Assembly: GCA_964016885.1 (NCBI GenBank)
Contig: OZ024743.1
Coordinates: 296,732,001 to 296,796,000 of the forward strand
DNA length: 64,000 nt
Direction: 5' to 3'
From: Eledone cirrhosa
Taxonomy: Eukaryota
Each line of letters starts with the position of its first letter. Position 1 is the first letter of the stretch. This document shows positions 13,721 to 25,768 of this stretch, one piece after another. Position numbers and translations under genes: made by a program. The notes under the pieces are model-generated. The model was given only the letters and a program-made list of their open reading frames with translations. It was not told the origin of the DNA and did no database searches.

Positions 13721-14891
13721 CTAGCAGAAAACCACCCTGCGGGCATTTTTTCTGTTAGCATATTTAGTGTGCATATTGATATTATATGCAAATATATATG
13801 CATATAGATATACATAAATTGAAAAGTAAATTGTCTTCACTGGCAGCTCGCCTAACTGAGGTAACTGGTGATGGTTGTGAAGGTGCCTGACTGTTCCAGC
13901 ACATCAGCCTCGCCTTCACTTTAGTTAACGCTACGGGCGTTCTGGTTTGCCTAAAAAATTATTTGAGAGGTTTTCCAGTGCTCCTTGCGATATCGTTATC
14001 TTTTGTTCTGGCAGCGGTTTATTTGTCCACCCATTTCGCCTGCCTTTTGTTATATATGGTCCTAGATGTGTGTATTACCTGCTTGTGTGTTTTATTTTTT
14101 TCCTTTCTCTTTTTCTTATGTTTGTAAAACAAAATAAATCTACATTTGTAATGGTATTTACACAACTGAATAAAATCGTAATTGACAATATGCACAGTAA
14201 TTGAACGGCGACTGTGTTACACTTTTTTCTGTAATCATCATCATCGCCGTTTTACATCCGTTCTTCCATGCTAGCATGGGTTAAACGGGTTGTCCTGTTG
14301 TGGGCAGTGTCTGGTCGGCTGACCATGCCTTGCTCATACAGGAACTGATTTTGGCTTGGTTTCTACAGCTGGATGCCCTTCCTAAAACCAACCTCATTTA
14401 CAGTGAGTGCTGGGTGCTTTTTTTCCGTGGCGCCTACACGTCCACTTTACAGTGTGGGCTGGGTGCTTTTCTGCCGTGGCACCTCCACGACCACTTTGCA
14501 GTGGGAGGGTGTGAGGGCATATTGTCTATATGCTTCAGCTTGTACCCATGGGAGGTCGGGTACTCTGTATTACTGCGTGACGCCAGAGGTCACGGTCGTG
14601 TGTCATCGCCTTTGAGAGGTGCAACTGGGTAAGGTCGGCCCCTATCACCTCATCCCAGGTCTTCTTGGGTCTCCCCACTCCGCGGCTTCCATTGAATTCT
14701 AGTGCTCTGCACCTTTTTATGCAGCTGTCAGTAAAGTAATCCATGATACATTACAGAAAGACAATATTATATTAAAACGACATTACAGTGAAATGTTATG
14801 AAAATAATATAACGAACGCTAACGGAAGTTGATATTTAAAAGTTTTAACATAAGTAAATCTTGAAATAAGCAATATATTTTATATATAAGA
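13721..14891 (-). mobile_element. non-autonomous Helitron interrupted by an RTE 3' fragment
   Basis: minus strand A|TCTTATATATAAAA 5' end; GC-rich subterminal segment + CTAG|T 3' end; cggaagt...gaaata segment similar to the Helitron at 27.9 kb. Confidence 0.55.
14232..14735 (-). mobile_element. 5'-truncated RTE LINE (C-terminus + 3' UTR)
   Basis: DSCIKRCRALEFNGSRGVGRPKKTWDEVI...DRDLWRHAV, repeated aaaaagcacccag units, (ATG)n tail. Confidence 0.85.
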
Positions 14892-16708
14892 TTATTTATG
14901 TTTAATCAAGAGCTAAGAAATTTAGTAGATAAATTATATAATATTCATTCATGATTTATTCAAAGTAATCCAACTTATTTTAATAACATGATTAAAAAAA
15001 TAAGTGACTCAGTCTCACAGTTCTCCAATCATTATATATAAGATGAGGGGTAGTGGTGCTGGTATTTTTGTTTTCTATTTGATCTTTTTATCTTATAAAG
15101 AAATTTGTAATTTATTTTTTCTTTATCATTAAATAACTTTATTTTCAGTTAATTTAATCTGACCTGCAAGATTCCCTGCCACCTTCTATCCTTATAACAA
15201 ACATGTCCAGCAATGTAGTCTGAAGAAAGTATGCTGTTTTAAGTGTTGTTTTATGCATTGTTTTGACTTGGATTTAATGGAATTTTACATTTTGTTCGAA
15301 TTTGAATGTTTTGTTGTTATTGTTGTTGTTTTGTAATGTTTGCTATTTTGCTGTTCCTTTGCTCTGTAACACTAACTTTTATTTTATATCTTGTACTATT
15401 TGAAATACCATTCTATATTGATATCGGAGTACTATAACTAAAGTGTGAGTCATTTCAAACCTTTCAGTAGCTTAGACATCTTTTGCCAGATGTCAGCTGT
15501 TATATATTTTGGTAACTTTGTGATTCTGGCCATTGACCTCACAAAGGTTTCTCTGCCCAGCAATGTGTGACTGATGCCATTGGTCTCTTTTGCTGAGATT
15601 ACACATCAACCATGCTGCTTCCTATGGCTTCACCTATGACCCAACAGGCAGCCAGTATTGATCTGGGACAATTTATTCTCATAATTGTTGCTAACTCCTA
15701 TACCTAGATTCATTCCCCTATTCGTCACCTGGGAACCTGCTGGATAGGAGTTATCTCTCTTGATCCTACCACTTAGCATGCAAAAAAGATAGACTAGATG
15801 TTGATGATGATGTTAAAAACGAAAGTTATATACTATTACAATAATAGATGCCAAATAGTTAAGATGTTTGTTTCGCAATTGTCGAATTCATGGTTAGATC
15901 CCTTACATAGCATCTTGGGCAAGTGAGTGCCTTTTACCATAGGCTCAGGTCACCCCAAGCCTGGTGAGGGAAATTGGCTAGATACTTGTTTAATGGATAG
16001 TACATATAATTCAAAGAGCCAACCTTATCACACATTGTCACACTGAATCTGTATGAGAATTACATTGAGTACATGTGCCTGTGGAATGCTCAGTCACTTA
16101 CATGTTAATTTAATATGTCGACAATTAGTGATGGTTGATATCAGGGAGGGCACTTGGCTGCAGAATTCTGCCTATAAATGTTTCATTCATCATGCTAGCA
16201 TCACAAAATCTGACAAAAACAATAGAAAACTTATGAGTGGCCGACAAGCCCTTTATAGTGAAATCATTTATGAAGATATCCAGCAAGCAGTAGTTGCGTA
16301 GTGTCAATCCTATCAGTGACAAGGCTGTTGTGTTTTTTTTTATTTCTCAATTTGGTGTTTATTTAATGTTCAATATTATCTACTTTATCAATTACATCAT
16401 AGAAGATTCATTTATTTCTTGGTGTCAAAATTTTAATTGCACTGTTTAGGACCTGATCGCTAACACAGTTCAACTATAACAAATTTTTGCACCAAGAAAT
16501 ACATGATCAATGTAAAGTGAATTTTATAATGTGTGTTTTTGAAAGGCTGAAATGACTCTTCAATGATGTAATTGTTTTATTTTCAACACACAGTCTCACA
16601 AGTACTACCTTAGTATTTACTGGAAATTAACGTTCTTGCTCAGCAATGGCCAGAGATTTTTACTGCTAGTGAAGTGACTAATGGTTTTTTTTTTTGCCTA
16701 TTTTCTAG

Positions 16709-16819
16709 CATCGAGCAACAGATGAACCAAAGTACAAAGGAGAAAAACAACTTAAACCCAAATCCATGAGAGTTAAAGATGCTGCTGAAGAAGTTCTCAC
16801 ATGTATTATTGACCAAGTG
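16709..16819 (+). CDS. RALGAPB: RALGAPB exon C
   Basis: ttctag|...|gtaaat; HRATDEPKYKGEKQLKPKSMRVKDAAEEVLTCIIDQV. Confidence 0.95.
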
Positions 16820-16869
16820 GTAAATCTATTTTACTGACTTTTTCCCCTATTTATCATCTTCTTGTCATG

Positions 16870-17310
16870 TGTATCTATTTCAGAATAGGTACATACACTG
16901 TATCCCTGCATTATTGTGTACCCAGTCTAGAATAGGTACTCTATATCTCTACAATACTGCATGTACCCATTTCCTGCAATACAGTGTACCCAGTTTAGAA
17001 TGGGTACATCGGATTCCTGCAGTACTGTGTACCTAGTTTAGAATAGGTTCACCATATCATTGTGTGTCATAAGAGGCCACTGATGTTTCCCTTATATAGT
17101 TGCTGTGCATACCCAGTTTAGAATAAGTCCAACGTATCCCTGCAATACAGTGTACCCAGTTTAGAATAGGTTACCATATCCCTGTATGTCATAAGAGGCC
17201 ACTGATTTTTCATTCATCATCTTGTTGCTTTGTGTACCCAGTTTAGAATAAGTACACCATATCCCTATGTGTCATAACAGACTACTGACTTATCCTCATC
17301 ATATTGTTGC
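16870..17310. repeat. intronic minisatellite, core gtgtacccagtttagaataggtac, about 7 diverged units
   Basis: read directly; unit about 40 bp, lengthening to about 70 bp in later copies. Confidence 0.85.
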
Positions 17311-17793
17311 TGAAGCAGATATGGCAGTGTGATTAAAATGTTCACTTTATGGAGTTCTGAGTTTGATTTCACTACATGGCATCTTGACAAAATATTTTCT
17401 GTTATACCTTAAGGATGACCAGTATCCCCGTAGTGATTTAAGTAAATGAAAATTATAAGGAATTCATCGTTTTGTATGAGTGTGTGTGTGTGTATCAGTT
17501 GCTATGTGCATTTCCATTTCAAAAGTAAGCAGCTTACAGTTTGATAAAAATCAGTGATATATATAATAGTATTGATAATGAATTATAAGTTGTCATTAGG
17601 AAGCGCATCTGGCCATAGAAAAACTATTTCAAAAAAGTTTCAAACCCATGCCAGCATGGAAAAGCAGACATTCAAATGATGATGATGTTGATAACAGATA
17701 TTATATGTCTCAATTTAATTTCAGCTCCACCATTTCCTTAACCACCCACTTCAAAAAAAGTTCATATAAATGATAATATTTCCTTGGTTTCAG

Positions 17794-17971
17794 GGAGCTT
17801 TTCCACCTCCATGTGGCCCAGAATCGTTGTTCTCTTTACTTGATGAACAGTCACTTCTTAAATATGCTAAAAATACTTCACCCCATGATCAGGGGTCACC
17901 ATTCCGTTACTTTGTGCTTGAAAACTCAATAATTCTGGCACTCTTAGAACAGCCACTTGGAAACATAGAAG
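17794..17971 (+). CDS. RALGAPB: RALGAPB exon D
   Basis: tttcag|...|gtaagt; GAFPPPCGPES...FRYFVLENSIILALLEQPLGNIE. Confidence 0.95.
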
Positions 17972-19308
17972 GTAAGTTATTTTGATATCTTTTTCTTGAT
18001 TAATGTCATCAAATAGTTGCAGCCATTCCTGGGTGGTTAAGAAGTTTGTTTTGCAACCATGTGATTTCAGATTTGATCCAACCAGGAGGCATCTTAGGGA
18101 CATGTCCTGCCTTAGGACCCTGGCCTGAGTGAATTTAAATCGATGGAAACTATTTGGAAGTCAATTGTATTTGTGTTTGTGTTTATCTCTGTCTTTACAG
18201 TTAAAGGTTTCATATGCCAAACACTGGTAAGCTTATAGGAAGAGAATGTGCTCTGTTTCAGGGCCTTTTTTATAGCAGACTAATGGCCTTGACTCATATT
18301 TTTCTATCTACTTTTCGTCAACTCATTTTTAGCTAAATCCAATAGTTTAACTTCTTATCCATAACTTGAATATATTTCATGATGGTGTTTGTTTTACAAT
18401 AACTCAGGCCTGACAACAATAATCATTACCCCATTCTACTTCCTATAAACCCTCTACAGCCAACTTTAATTGGATAGCATTGGCTTTTTCAGTAACAGCA
18501 GGCCATACAAATTTTTGTTTCTTCTGAACATTATCTCACATATCAATATCTTACAAAACCCTATTGAAAAGTAATAGTGGCAGCATTCAATGATCCACTA
18601 TGGTTTGTATCTGGGGTTGATTTGCTATGTGCTTTCATTGTTATCATTACCATTAAACATCTCTTTTCCATGCTATCATAGATTAGATGAGTTGTCCCAT
18701 TGTGAGACAAGTCAGATCAGGTGACTGTCGTGCTCGTACAGAACTTTTTCCGGCTTGGTTTCTACGGCCGGATGCCCTTCCTAATGCCAACCACATTTAC
18801 AGTGTAGATTGGATGCTTTTTATTGTGGTACCAAAACGACCAACTAACAGGTTGGACTGGGTACTTTTTCATCATGTCACCAACACAACCACCTTACAGG
18901 TTGGACTGGATACTTTTTATCGTGTCACCAACTAGGTGCATGACCTAGTGGTAAGGGTGTTAGCCTTAATATAATAATGTCATGGGTTCGATTCCTGGAC
19001 TGGGTTATGTGTTGTGTTTTTGAGCAAAAACTTCATTTGATGTTGCTCCGGTATACTCAGCTGAAAATGAGTACCAGCAACAGATGGGGATTTAACCCTG
19101 CAATGGACTGGCATCCTTCTAGAAAGGAGTCTTATACTCTGTCGCTTCACGCCACAGAAACTGGGATAACACCAGTCTAATAAACCTCTGGGCTTGAAAC
19201 AGACTTAAGACTTTTGTTTTTAGACCAACCTGACCACTTTACATTTAATAAAATTCTTAAATCTTAACTTTTCTTTTCCCTTTTTTTTTGTCTTGTTCTT
19301 TAAAACAG

Positions 19309-19400
19309 ATCCCTTACCTACAGTAACAGCCCTCATCCGCGGACCTTTTGGACGACATGCTTGGACTATGCAACTCCGACACCAGCCACGCAAAGTAATT
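19309..19400 (+). CDS. RALGAPB: RALGAPB exon E
   Basis: aacag|...|gtaagt; DPLPTVTALIRGPFGRHAWTMQLRHQPRKVI. Confidence 0.93.
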
Positions 19401-19944
19401 GTAAGTTTTATTGTCTAGCTGCTCTGCACGTCTTGAGAATTTTGATGCCAGGGAGAATCCACAGCCATTGTTTAGTAACAGCAAAGGCAATATCTATTTT
19501 AACATGAGAATACTTATATTTTTACGAGATTTATTTATTCCTTACATTCTTTTATTTTCTCTCTCGCTCTCATGATTTCCTACTTTACTAGCTTTATTGT
19601 GAACTACCTGTTCTTATTGCAATCTAGTTATCTCTTGGAAATCTTATAGCAAATGCTTGCAGGACAAAAGCCCTAAAAGCAATATCAGAGGTTGTGGAGA
19701 GGAGGAACAAAAACGACCTCCATACCATTTGAGGGCAATATGTTTGTATTTTAACATACGCTAAGGGAAGTAACTGTAAGCCATGGTTGTAGTGTTGTCA
19801 GTTATGGTTAGGGTAGGTGAAGGTCTGTAGCTTAGTGGTTCGTGAGGTTGTGAGTTTGATTCCCAGGCCGAGCGATGCTTTATGTCATTGAGCAAGATAT
19901 TTTATTTCACGTTGCTCCTTCAGCCAGGAGTTGCGATCAGTAGA

Positions 19945-20703
19945 TCATCATCATCATCATCATCATCAACGTTTAACGTCCGTGTTCCACGCTTGCATGG
20001 GTTTGGACGGGGGTAGTCCCACTTGAGGCAAGAGTGATTGTCTTGCTCGCATAGGACTGTCTGGCAGGTTTTCTACAGTTGGATGCCCTTCCTAACACCA
20101 ACCACATTTACAGTGTGGGTCTGGGAGGTTTTTACCATGTTGCCTACACGGCCACATTACAGCGTGGACTGTGTGTTTTTTTGTCGTGACACCTACACGA
20201 TCTCATTTGTTTCGGCCTCGATGGCGCGGCACCAACATAACTTTACATAGAACGGGGTGGTGTGGATGGGGTGGGGGTGGTGGGACGGGGTGTATTTTGT
20301 TAGAGATGCCTATTGGCTGGAGTAGGTTTTACTATATATTTAGGTAAGGCGGGTCTTCTCTGTTACTGAGTACCGCCAAAGGTCTCGGTCCAGTGACATT
20401 GTCTTGGAGAGGTGTAAGTGTGTGATGTCGGAGTTTATCAGCTCGTCCCAGGTTTTTCTAGGTCTGCCTATTCCGTGACTACCGTCTATCTTTATTGCCC
20501 TGCACTTTGTTATACAGCTATCGACTTTCATGCGCATCACGTGTCCATACCAACGTAGCCTTCTCTCGAGTAAACAACATCTGATCCCTCTTATCTCTAA
20601 TTTTTTCCTTAGTTCGTTTATGCTTTGCCGTTCACGTATATTACTGTTGCACATCCAGCGGAGCATGCAAGCTTCGTTCCTCTCTAGTCTGCATATTTCC
20701 TCT
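19945..20703 (-). mobile_element. young 5'-truncated RTE LINE nested in a SINE
   Basis: ORF 20340-20666 MLRWMC...RRLRWYGHVMR...GRPRKTW; (ATG)n tail; CpGs retained. Confidence 0.9.
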
Positions 20704-20868
20704 AGATATTATTAGTAATTGGAAAGACCAGTCGAAACATTGTTTCCTTGGTCCAATCTAACGAGTTCCATTCCACTTGGTAAGTGAATGAGGTCTGGGA
20801 ACTTATTGGTTCGAATCTGTTATTTTCTATATTTGATTTATTTTTGTTTTTTTCCATCATTTCAACAG

Positions 20869-20993
20869 AACCAATCCAAAGCTAATGTTTCTGAAGTTCA
20901 ACGACCATTTCCCATGGAGAATGTTGGCTTTAAACACAATGTAAAACATCGATACTTTCCTGAGATTGTCGAAACAATTCCTTCAACAAAATT
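20869..20993 (+). CDS. RALGAPB: RALGAPB exon F
   Basis: caacag|...|gtaagt; NQSKANVSEVQRPFPMENVGFKHNVKHRYFPEIVETIPSTK. Confidence 0.93.
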
Positions 20994-21550
20994 GTAAGTA
21001 AAATCATTTTTATCCAACCAAATCTTTAGATCAGTAGTTCCCAAACTTTTTGTGTTATGCAACCCTTATACGATTTCCCCCAAATCACAGAACCCATACC
21101 TATATTCTTTGGACAGTCCTTATCTTTATGTTCTGTGTTGAAATCCGGCCATGGTCAACTTTGCCTTTCATTCTTCCAACATCGATAAATTAGAGTACCA
21201 GTCAAACACTGAGGCTAATATAACCAACTTTCTCCTCTCCCAAAATTGCTGGCCTTGTCCCTAAAGTAGAAATCATTATTAGTCAAGTACCTAATCTATT
21301 TTAACTTTGCCCTTTATATTTTTGGCAAAGCAGTTCTTTCTATCAGTAAATTTCTGGATCTCTTATTCTTTATTGGTAATTTTTTCTTTTATAAGAATAA
21401 AAAAGTTGGGAGGAATGTCATATTTTGTTTGATACTTACCCCATCATCATTTGACTCACACATAGCATAAATACTCTCTTGACTGAAGATGATTGATTTT
21501 TTATTTAAATGATTATTTCAATTTAATAATGTTTGGCCTTCTATTTACAG

Positions 21551-21733
21551 AGAGTCCAGCATTCCATCTATGGAGTCTATTGTGACAGAGAAGACAGCAT
21601 CAGAACTTGATGTACTTCGACAAATAATCGACACACAAGTAGCTTTTGAAAACAACATTGCTGAACAGGTCACTGAGAAGAGAAAACGCAACTATCATCA
21701 AGTTCACTCTGACACAGAATGCAGACCACCCAA
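21551..21733 (+). CDS. RALGAPB: RALGAPB exon G
   Basis: ttacag|...|gtaact; ESSIPSMESIVTEK...QVAFENNIAEQ...DTECRPP. Confidence 0.92.
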
Positions 21734-21918
21734 GTAACTTTTCTTTCTTTTTTTTTCATTCAAAATCATTTCACCATTCATTTTCCCCATTATAGGAAGT
21801 GTATAATTGTACAATGATTATAGCTAGAATATTTAGCTCAACAAACTCCTTGCTAATACAAGCAGCTGAATGGGGTTCCTCTGAAAGGCCTTTAGAGTAA
21901 CATTATTTGATAGAGTTA

Positions 21919-22106
21919 TGGCGGTGGATTGGCAGTATCGGTAGAGGGTCGGACGCCATGCTTTGACGCATAGAGTTACGGCCCTTGCCATTCTGAGTTC
22001 AAATCCCGCCGAGGTTAACTTTGCTTTTCATCCTTACGGGATAGGTAAAATAAAGTACCAGTAATGCACTGGGTAATTGCTGACCTTGTGCCAAAAAGTA
22101 GAAACA
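21919..22106 (+). mobile_element. tRNA-derived SINE with Nin-like domain (other copies 36749-36938, 47337-47432; decayed copies near 3420, 7580, 21120, 25050, 30170, 44710)
   Basis: A-box tggcagtatcgg, B-box gagttcaaatccc, gaggttaactttgcttttcatcc...aataaagtaccagt core; 14-bp TSD atttgatagagtta at 21905-21918 and 22107-22120. Confidence 0.85.
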
Positions 22107-22149
22107 ATTTGATAGAGTTAGTCCCTCCAATTCATTAGAGTCCTCCAGC

Positions 22150-23030
22150 CCATAACAGATGAATTCAAGACTGGATGATCATGGGAATTCCTCTATGCTA
22201 ATGATCAATCCCTTATAGCAATGACTGTAGAAGTAGAGGATTTTTAAGCATGGGAATAACATCTGAAATCAAAGGATATTAAAGTAAACCTGGTAAGGTG
22301 TCAAGCTTTTGTAAGTCAGAAAGGGAATAGGACTTAGATACCATCAGGTATTGAGCTAGGCCTTGCTTAATATTCTGAAAAGGAGTAGGTAGAAACTCCA
22401 TATAGTGCACCTAGCGTGACAGTGAATGAACAAGAGATGTAGCAGGATCTCAGGTAGGCTGACAGAGAAGTTAAACTTCATATGTAACAGGTACATAGAA
22501 GTAGTCAACAGTAAGAGTACTCAAGAAATGAACCCTCTTATATGCTTGGAAATCTCACTATGGTTATATAGAGGGATCTCATTTGCAGTAGAGCAAGATG
22601 TACTGAAAGTGTTGTAGTCAGAGTTAGAACAGGGTGGAAGGAGTTCAGGGGGTTGTTAGTTCTGCTGACAGCAAAAGGTTTCTCTCTCAAAATGAAGAGT
22701 AAATTATATGGTGCTTGTGTTCGAACTACTATGCTGCATGTCAGTGAAAGAAAAGCTGAAAATAAGAGAAATTGAATGTAGCATGCAAGAGATGATTACA
22801 TTGGTATGATCATGTGATATGTAAGGAGAGTGAGAGTTATATAAAAAGGTGCCAAGCGCTTGAAGTTGATGCAACCTATGGAAGAGAGAATCCAAGGAAG
22901 ACTTGGAGTGAAGTTGTGAAGAACAACCTCAAGAAACTGTACGTCACAAACAAGATGACACAAGACCAAGCCACCTGTCAATATGCCATAATACAAAAGA
23001 CCCATCCACCAGTGCCAACACTGCAACTCT
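22150..23030 (+). mobile_element. old RTE fragment (RT end, Cys-rich insert, C-terminus)
   Basis: EFKTG..WEFLYAND and KRCSRISGRL...FIC remnants with many stops. Confidence 0.7.
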
Positions 23031-23438
23031 AAAAGTAAACATGGTGAGAGACTGAAGGCTGCAGTGTTGGTGATCAAACAGAGACAGTATAGGGTTGAAA
23101 AGACTCTTCAGTCTAGAAAAACATGTGACAACGTCCTGGCATCAGGATGGATATCAGACCATAAAACAATACCTAAGCTTGTTATGGGACCTGCAAGGCT
23201 AACCCTTTATTTAACAGGGAGCATCTTCTTAAAACACTTGTGTGTGTGTGTGTATTATTTTAATTGTTTCAAGTTTATTTTAGTTTCCTTCGTCAAATTT
23301 GTTCTTGAAAAGGTGATTATATGTGTGAATATATTTGTATATGTATACATATATATATTTGTGTGCTGCACAAATATATATATATATATTTCTTCTTTTT
23401 TTAGATTATTTTTTGAGACACAGTTTCTTTCATTTCAG

Positions 23439-23511
23439 AATTCGAAACGAGTTTCAGACAGCACGGTTATTTCTTTCACATTATGGATTCCTTTCTCTTG
23501 AAGCACTGAGG
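23439..23511 (+). CDS. RALGAPB: RALGAPB exon H
   Basis: tttcag|...|gtatgt; IRNEFQTARLFLSHYGFLSLEALR. Confidence 0.95.
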
Positions 23512-23739
23512 GTATGTTTAATATTATGTTGCTGTTGTTGTAAGTGGTGGTTTTGAGCAAAATTGATCCAGCCTATGCAAAGCTAGTATTAATTCCAGTC
23601 AGAACCCCATCAATCCGTTATCATTAAATTTAAATTTAATTGCATTTATATGTTTGAATTAGCTAGTCAAGTAAGATGACTTCAATTTTTTTTGTAAGAC
23701 ATTTCTTTGAACAGATTTTTAATAGCAATCTCTCTTTAA

Positions 23740-24210
23740 CAACTTATCATTTCAAAGCAATAGTAGAGATGCTTGAGGCAGCCAAAGTGCTCCAATGACC
23801 ACAGTCAGTTGCATCTATCAATACATCATTCCAACTTTTGTTGATGGGTTTCAAGTCTGTTGATTGACTGCCACCAGTTCATCTTGGGACATTCTTTTCA
23901 CCTCTTTTCATGGGGGTACCAATACTGGATCTAATTTGCATCTCTCTCGCCTGGGAGTCATGTGACATGTCCCAACCAGCCAAGTCAACACATGATGTTA
24001 GACATATGCTGGTGGTAGGTTCGTTGACAGACTTCTTTGTTGGTGATGAAGTCATCCTACCTGATGCCAAAGATTTTCTGTAGACATTTGACATCAAAAA
24101 CATCTAATTGGTTTTCTTGGCTGGTCTTCATACTCCAAGTTTCACACCCATTCAGAAGCGTTGAAAGCACATTGTTGGAAAATCTCATGTTGGTACCACT
24201 GGGTAGTCAA
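23740..24210 (-). mobile_element. old LINE C-terminal fragment (RTE-like, different family)
   Basis: ETW...LDVFDVKCLQKIFGIR*DDFITNKEV...WLGHV remnants. Confidence 0.55.
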
Positions 24211-24620
24211 GACATTCACTTGCAACCACTTAACCTTAGATTTTATTCCATTGTGTAATATCTTGGACAAGTGTCCTCTACTGCAGTTCTAGGCCAGCCA
24301 ATGCCTTGTGAGAGAATTGGTTGGATGAAAACTATATGAAACCCATTGTGTGTGTGTGTCTGTGTGTGTGCACATGTTTGTTGTCTGTCTCTTCTCTTTG
24401 CATTCTCTCTAGCACAGGCAGGGATATATGTACAACAATTAGACATGTGAAGATTTGTACATTAATTCAAAAACACATGGGGCTTGGAATCAAATGGCCT
24501 TGATCTGTAGAATTCTCTGCCTCAAAAAAGTCTTGCCCATCCATAAAAGCTTGAAAAGGTAAATGTAAAACTGATGAAGATGATATATATATAAATATAT
24601 ATATATATATAAATATATGT

Positions 24621-24835
24621 AAAAAGTAAACAGAAATAACAACACAATCGGTACAGTATATGGAAGGAATATTTTAGGTTAACGCTTGAAATAGCAGGAA
24701 GAGGGTCTTAATATTTCAGGCGCTAGTCCTTCATCAGAAGAAAGAATGAGAAATTAGATAGATTGTAGGGACAGGCAGGGTGGAATTGGAATAAATGTTT
24801 TTAGAGAAAAATAACAGGTCCATTCATGTTGCCAT
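24621..24835 (-). mobile_element. about 210-bp repeat with a minimal hammerhead motif, probably a Penelope-like element terminus (second copy 49937-50150)
   Basis: two similar copies 25 kb apart, each inside (TA)n; CTGATGA...GAAA core. Confidence 0.6.
24706..24741 (-). ncRNA. minimal type I hammerhead ribozyme motif
   Basis: UCUU-CUGAUGA-AGG(ACUAGCG)CCU-GAAA-UA-UU-AAGA: intact core, stem I UCUU/AAGA, stem II AGG/CCU, palindromic loopless stem III. Confidence 0.55.
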
Positions 24836-25418
24836 CTCTTGGATATATATAATGTTTATGCACTTAGGTGATACATTGATCAACTAAAACGTTATTGCAG
24901 CTGTCACTCACAATCGAGTATGACTTCTTAATATGTACCATATTTTTTAAGGGTTTTAGATGCCCCATGCAGTCGGGAGCACACTCTCTCAACACAGACT
25001 CCCTTGATCCAGTAGCACATCCAGGATGTAACAAATGGAAGGGAAGAGGGCTGTGCCATCACTGGATGGTACTTTCTTTATCAACTCAGAAAGGATGAAA
25101 GGCAAAGTAGACTTCTGTAAGGTTTGGACTCGGAATGTAGAGAGCTGGAACAAATATCTGACATTCTAATGAATCTGCCAAATTAATCACCTTATTTGCT
25201 TTTTGTAGCTATAAAATCATCATCATCATCATCTTGGTTTGCTGGTTACACAGATCACCATGACTCTCCATCCATCTCAGTCGTTTATTATTCATGGCAG
25301 GTCCTTAAGATTACACTCAGCATCATCACATAGCTGTTTGATGTAGCTTCTGTGAGATCTGTCTATGTTGGAATGCATAGGTTCTAATCTCTAGTTTCAA
25401 TTAAGATTTCATGTTTAA

Positions 25419-25633
25419 TCCTTTAGCATTTAAACCGGCCATATCTGGCCAATATTCTCTTACCTCTTTCTGTTCAAACTAGCCATAACCGGCCACTCAT
25501 ACCAACGTTAAGGTATTGATCTCAAAATAGATAATATTAAAATCTCATAGATTCGATAGTATGTGAGATCATTATGTTAGGTAAAGCCTTTACTGCGAAA
25601 ATACAATAGTAAATATAGAATGATGCTAAAGGG
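25419..25633. mobile_element. piggyBac-type MITE, family B (second, truncated copy 29835-30048)
   Basis: TTAA on both sides; TIR (t/c)cctttagcat / atgctaaaggg. Confidence 0.75.
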
Positions 25634-25768
25634 TTAAATCTATGTTAGCTATAAAATAATGTAATCATCATCATCATCTTGTATTGATCAACTAAGATTT
25701 AATATTTAAGTCTATTTTAGCTATAAAATCATGACAGGTTCTAATTTCTAGTTTCTATTTGTTGAAAG

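Noticed and set aside
15149-15228. Additional RALGAPB cassette exon (tttcag...gtatgc)
   Set aside because: Stop at the third codon in the required phase, and the length is not a multiple of 3
16870-17310. CRISPR-like array
   Set aside because: The intervening sequences are related to each other, the repeats are degenerate, the context is a eukaryotic intron and there are no cas genes
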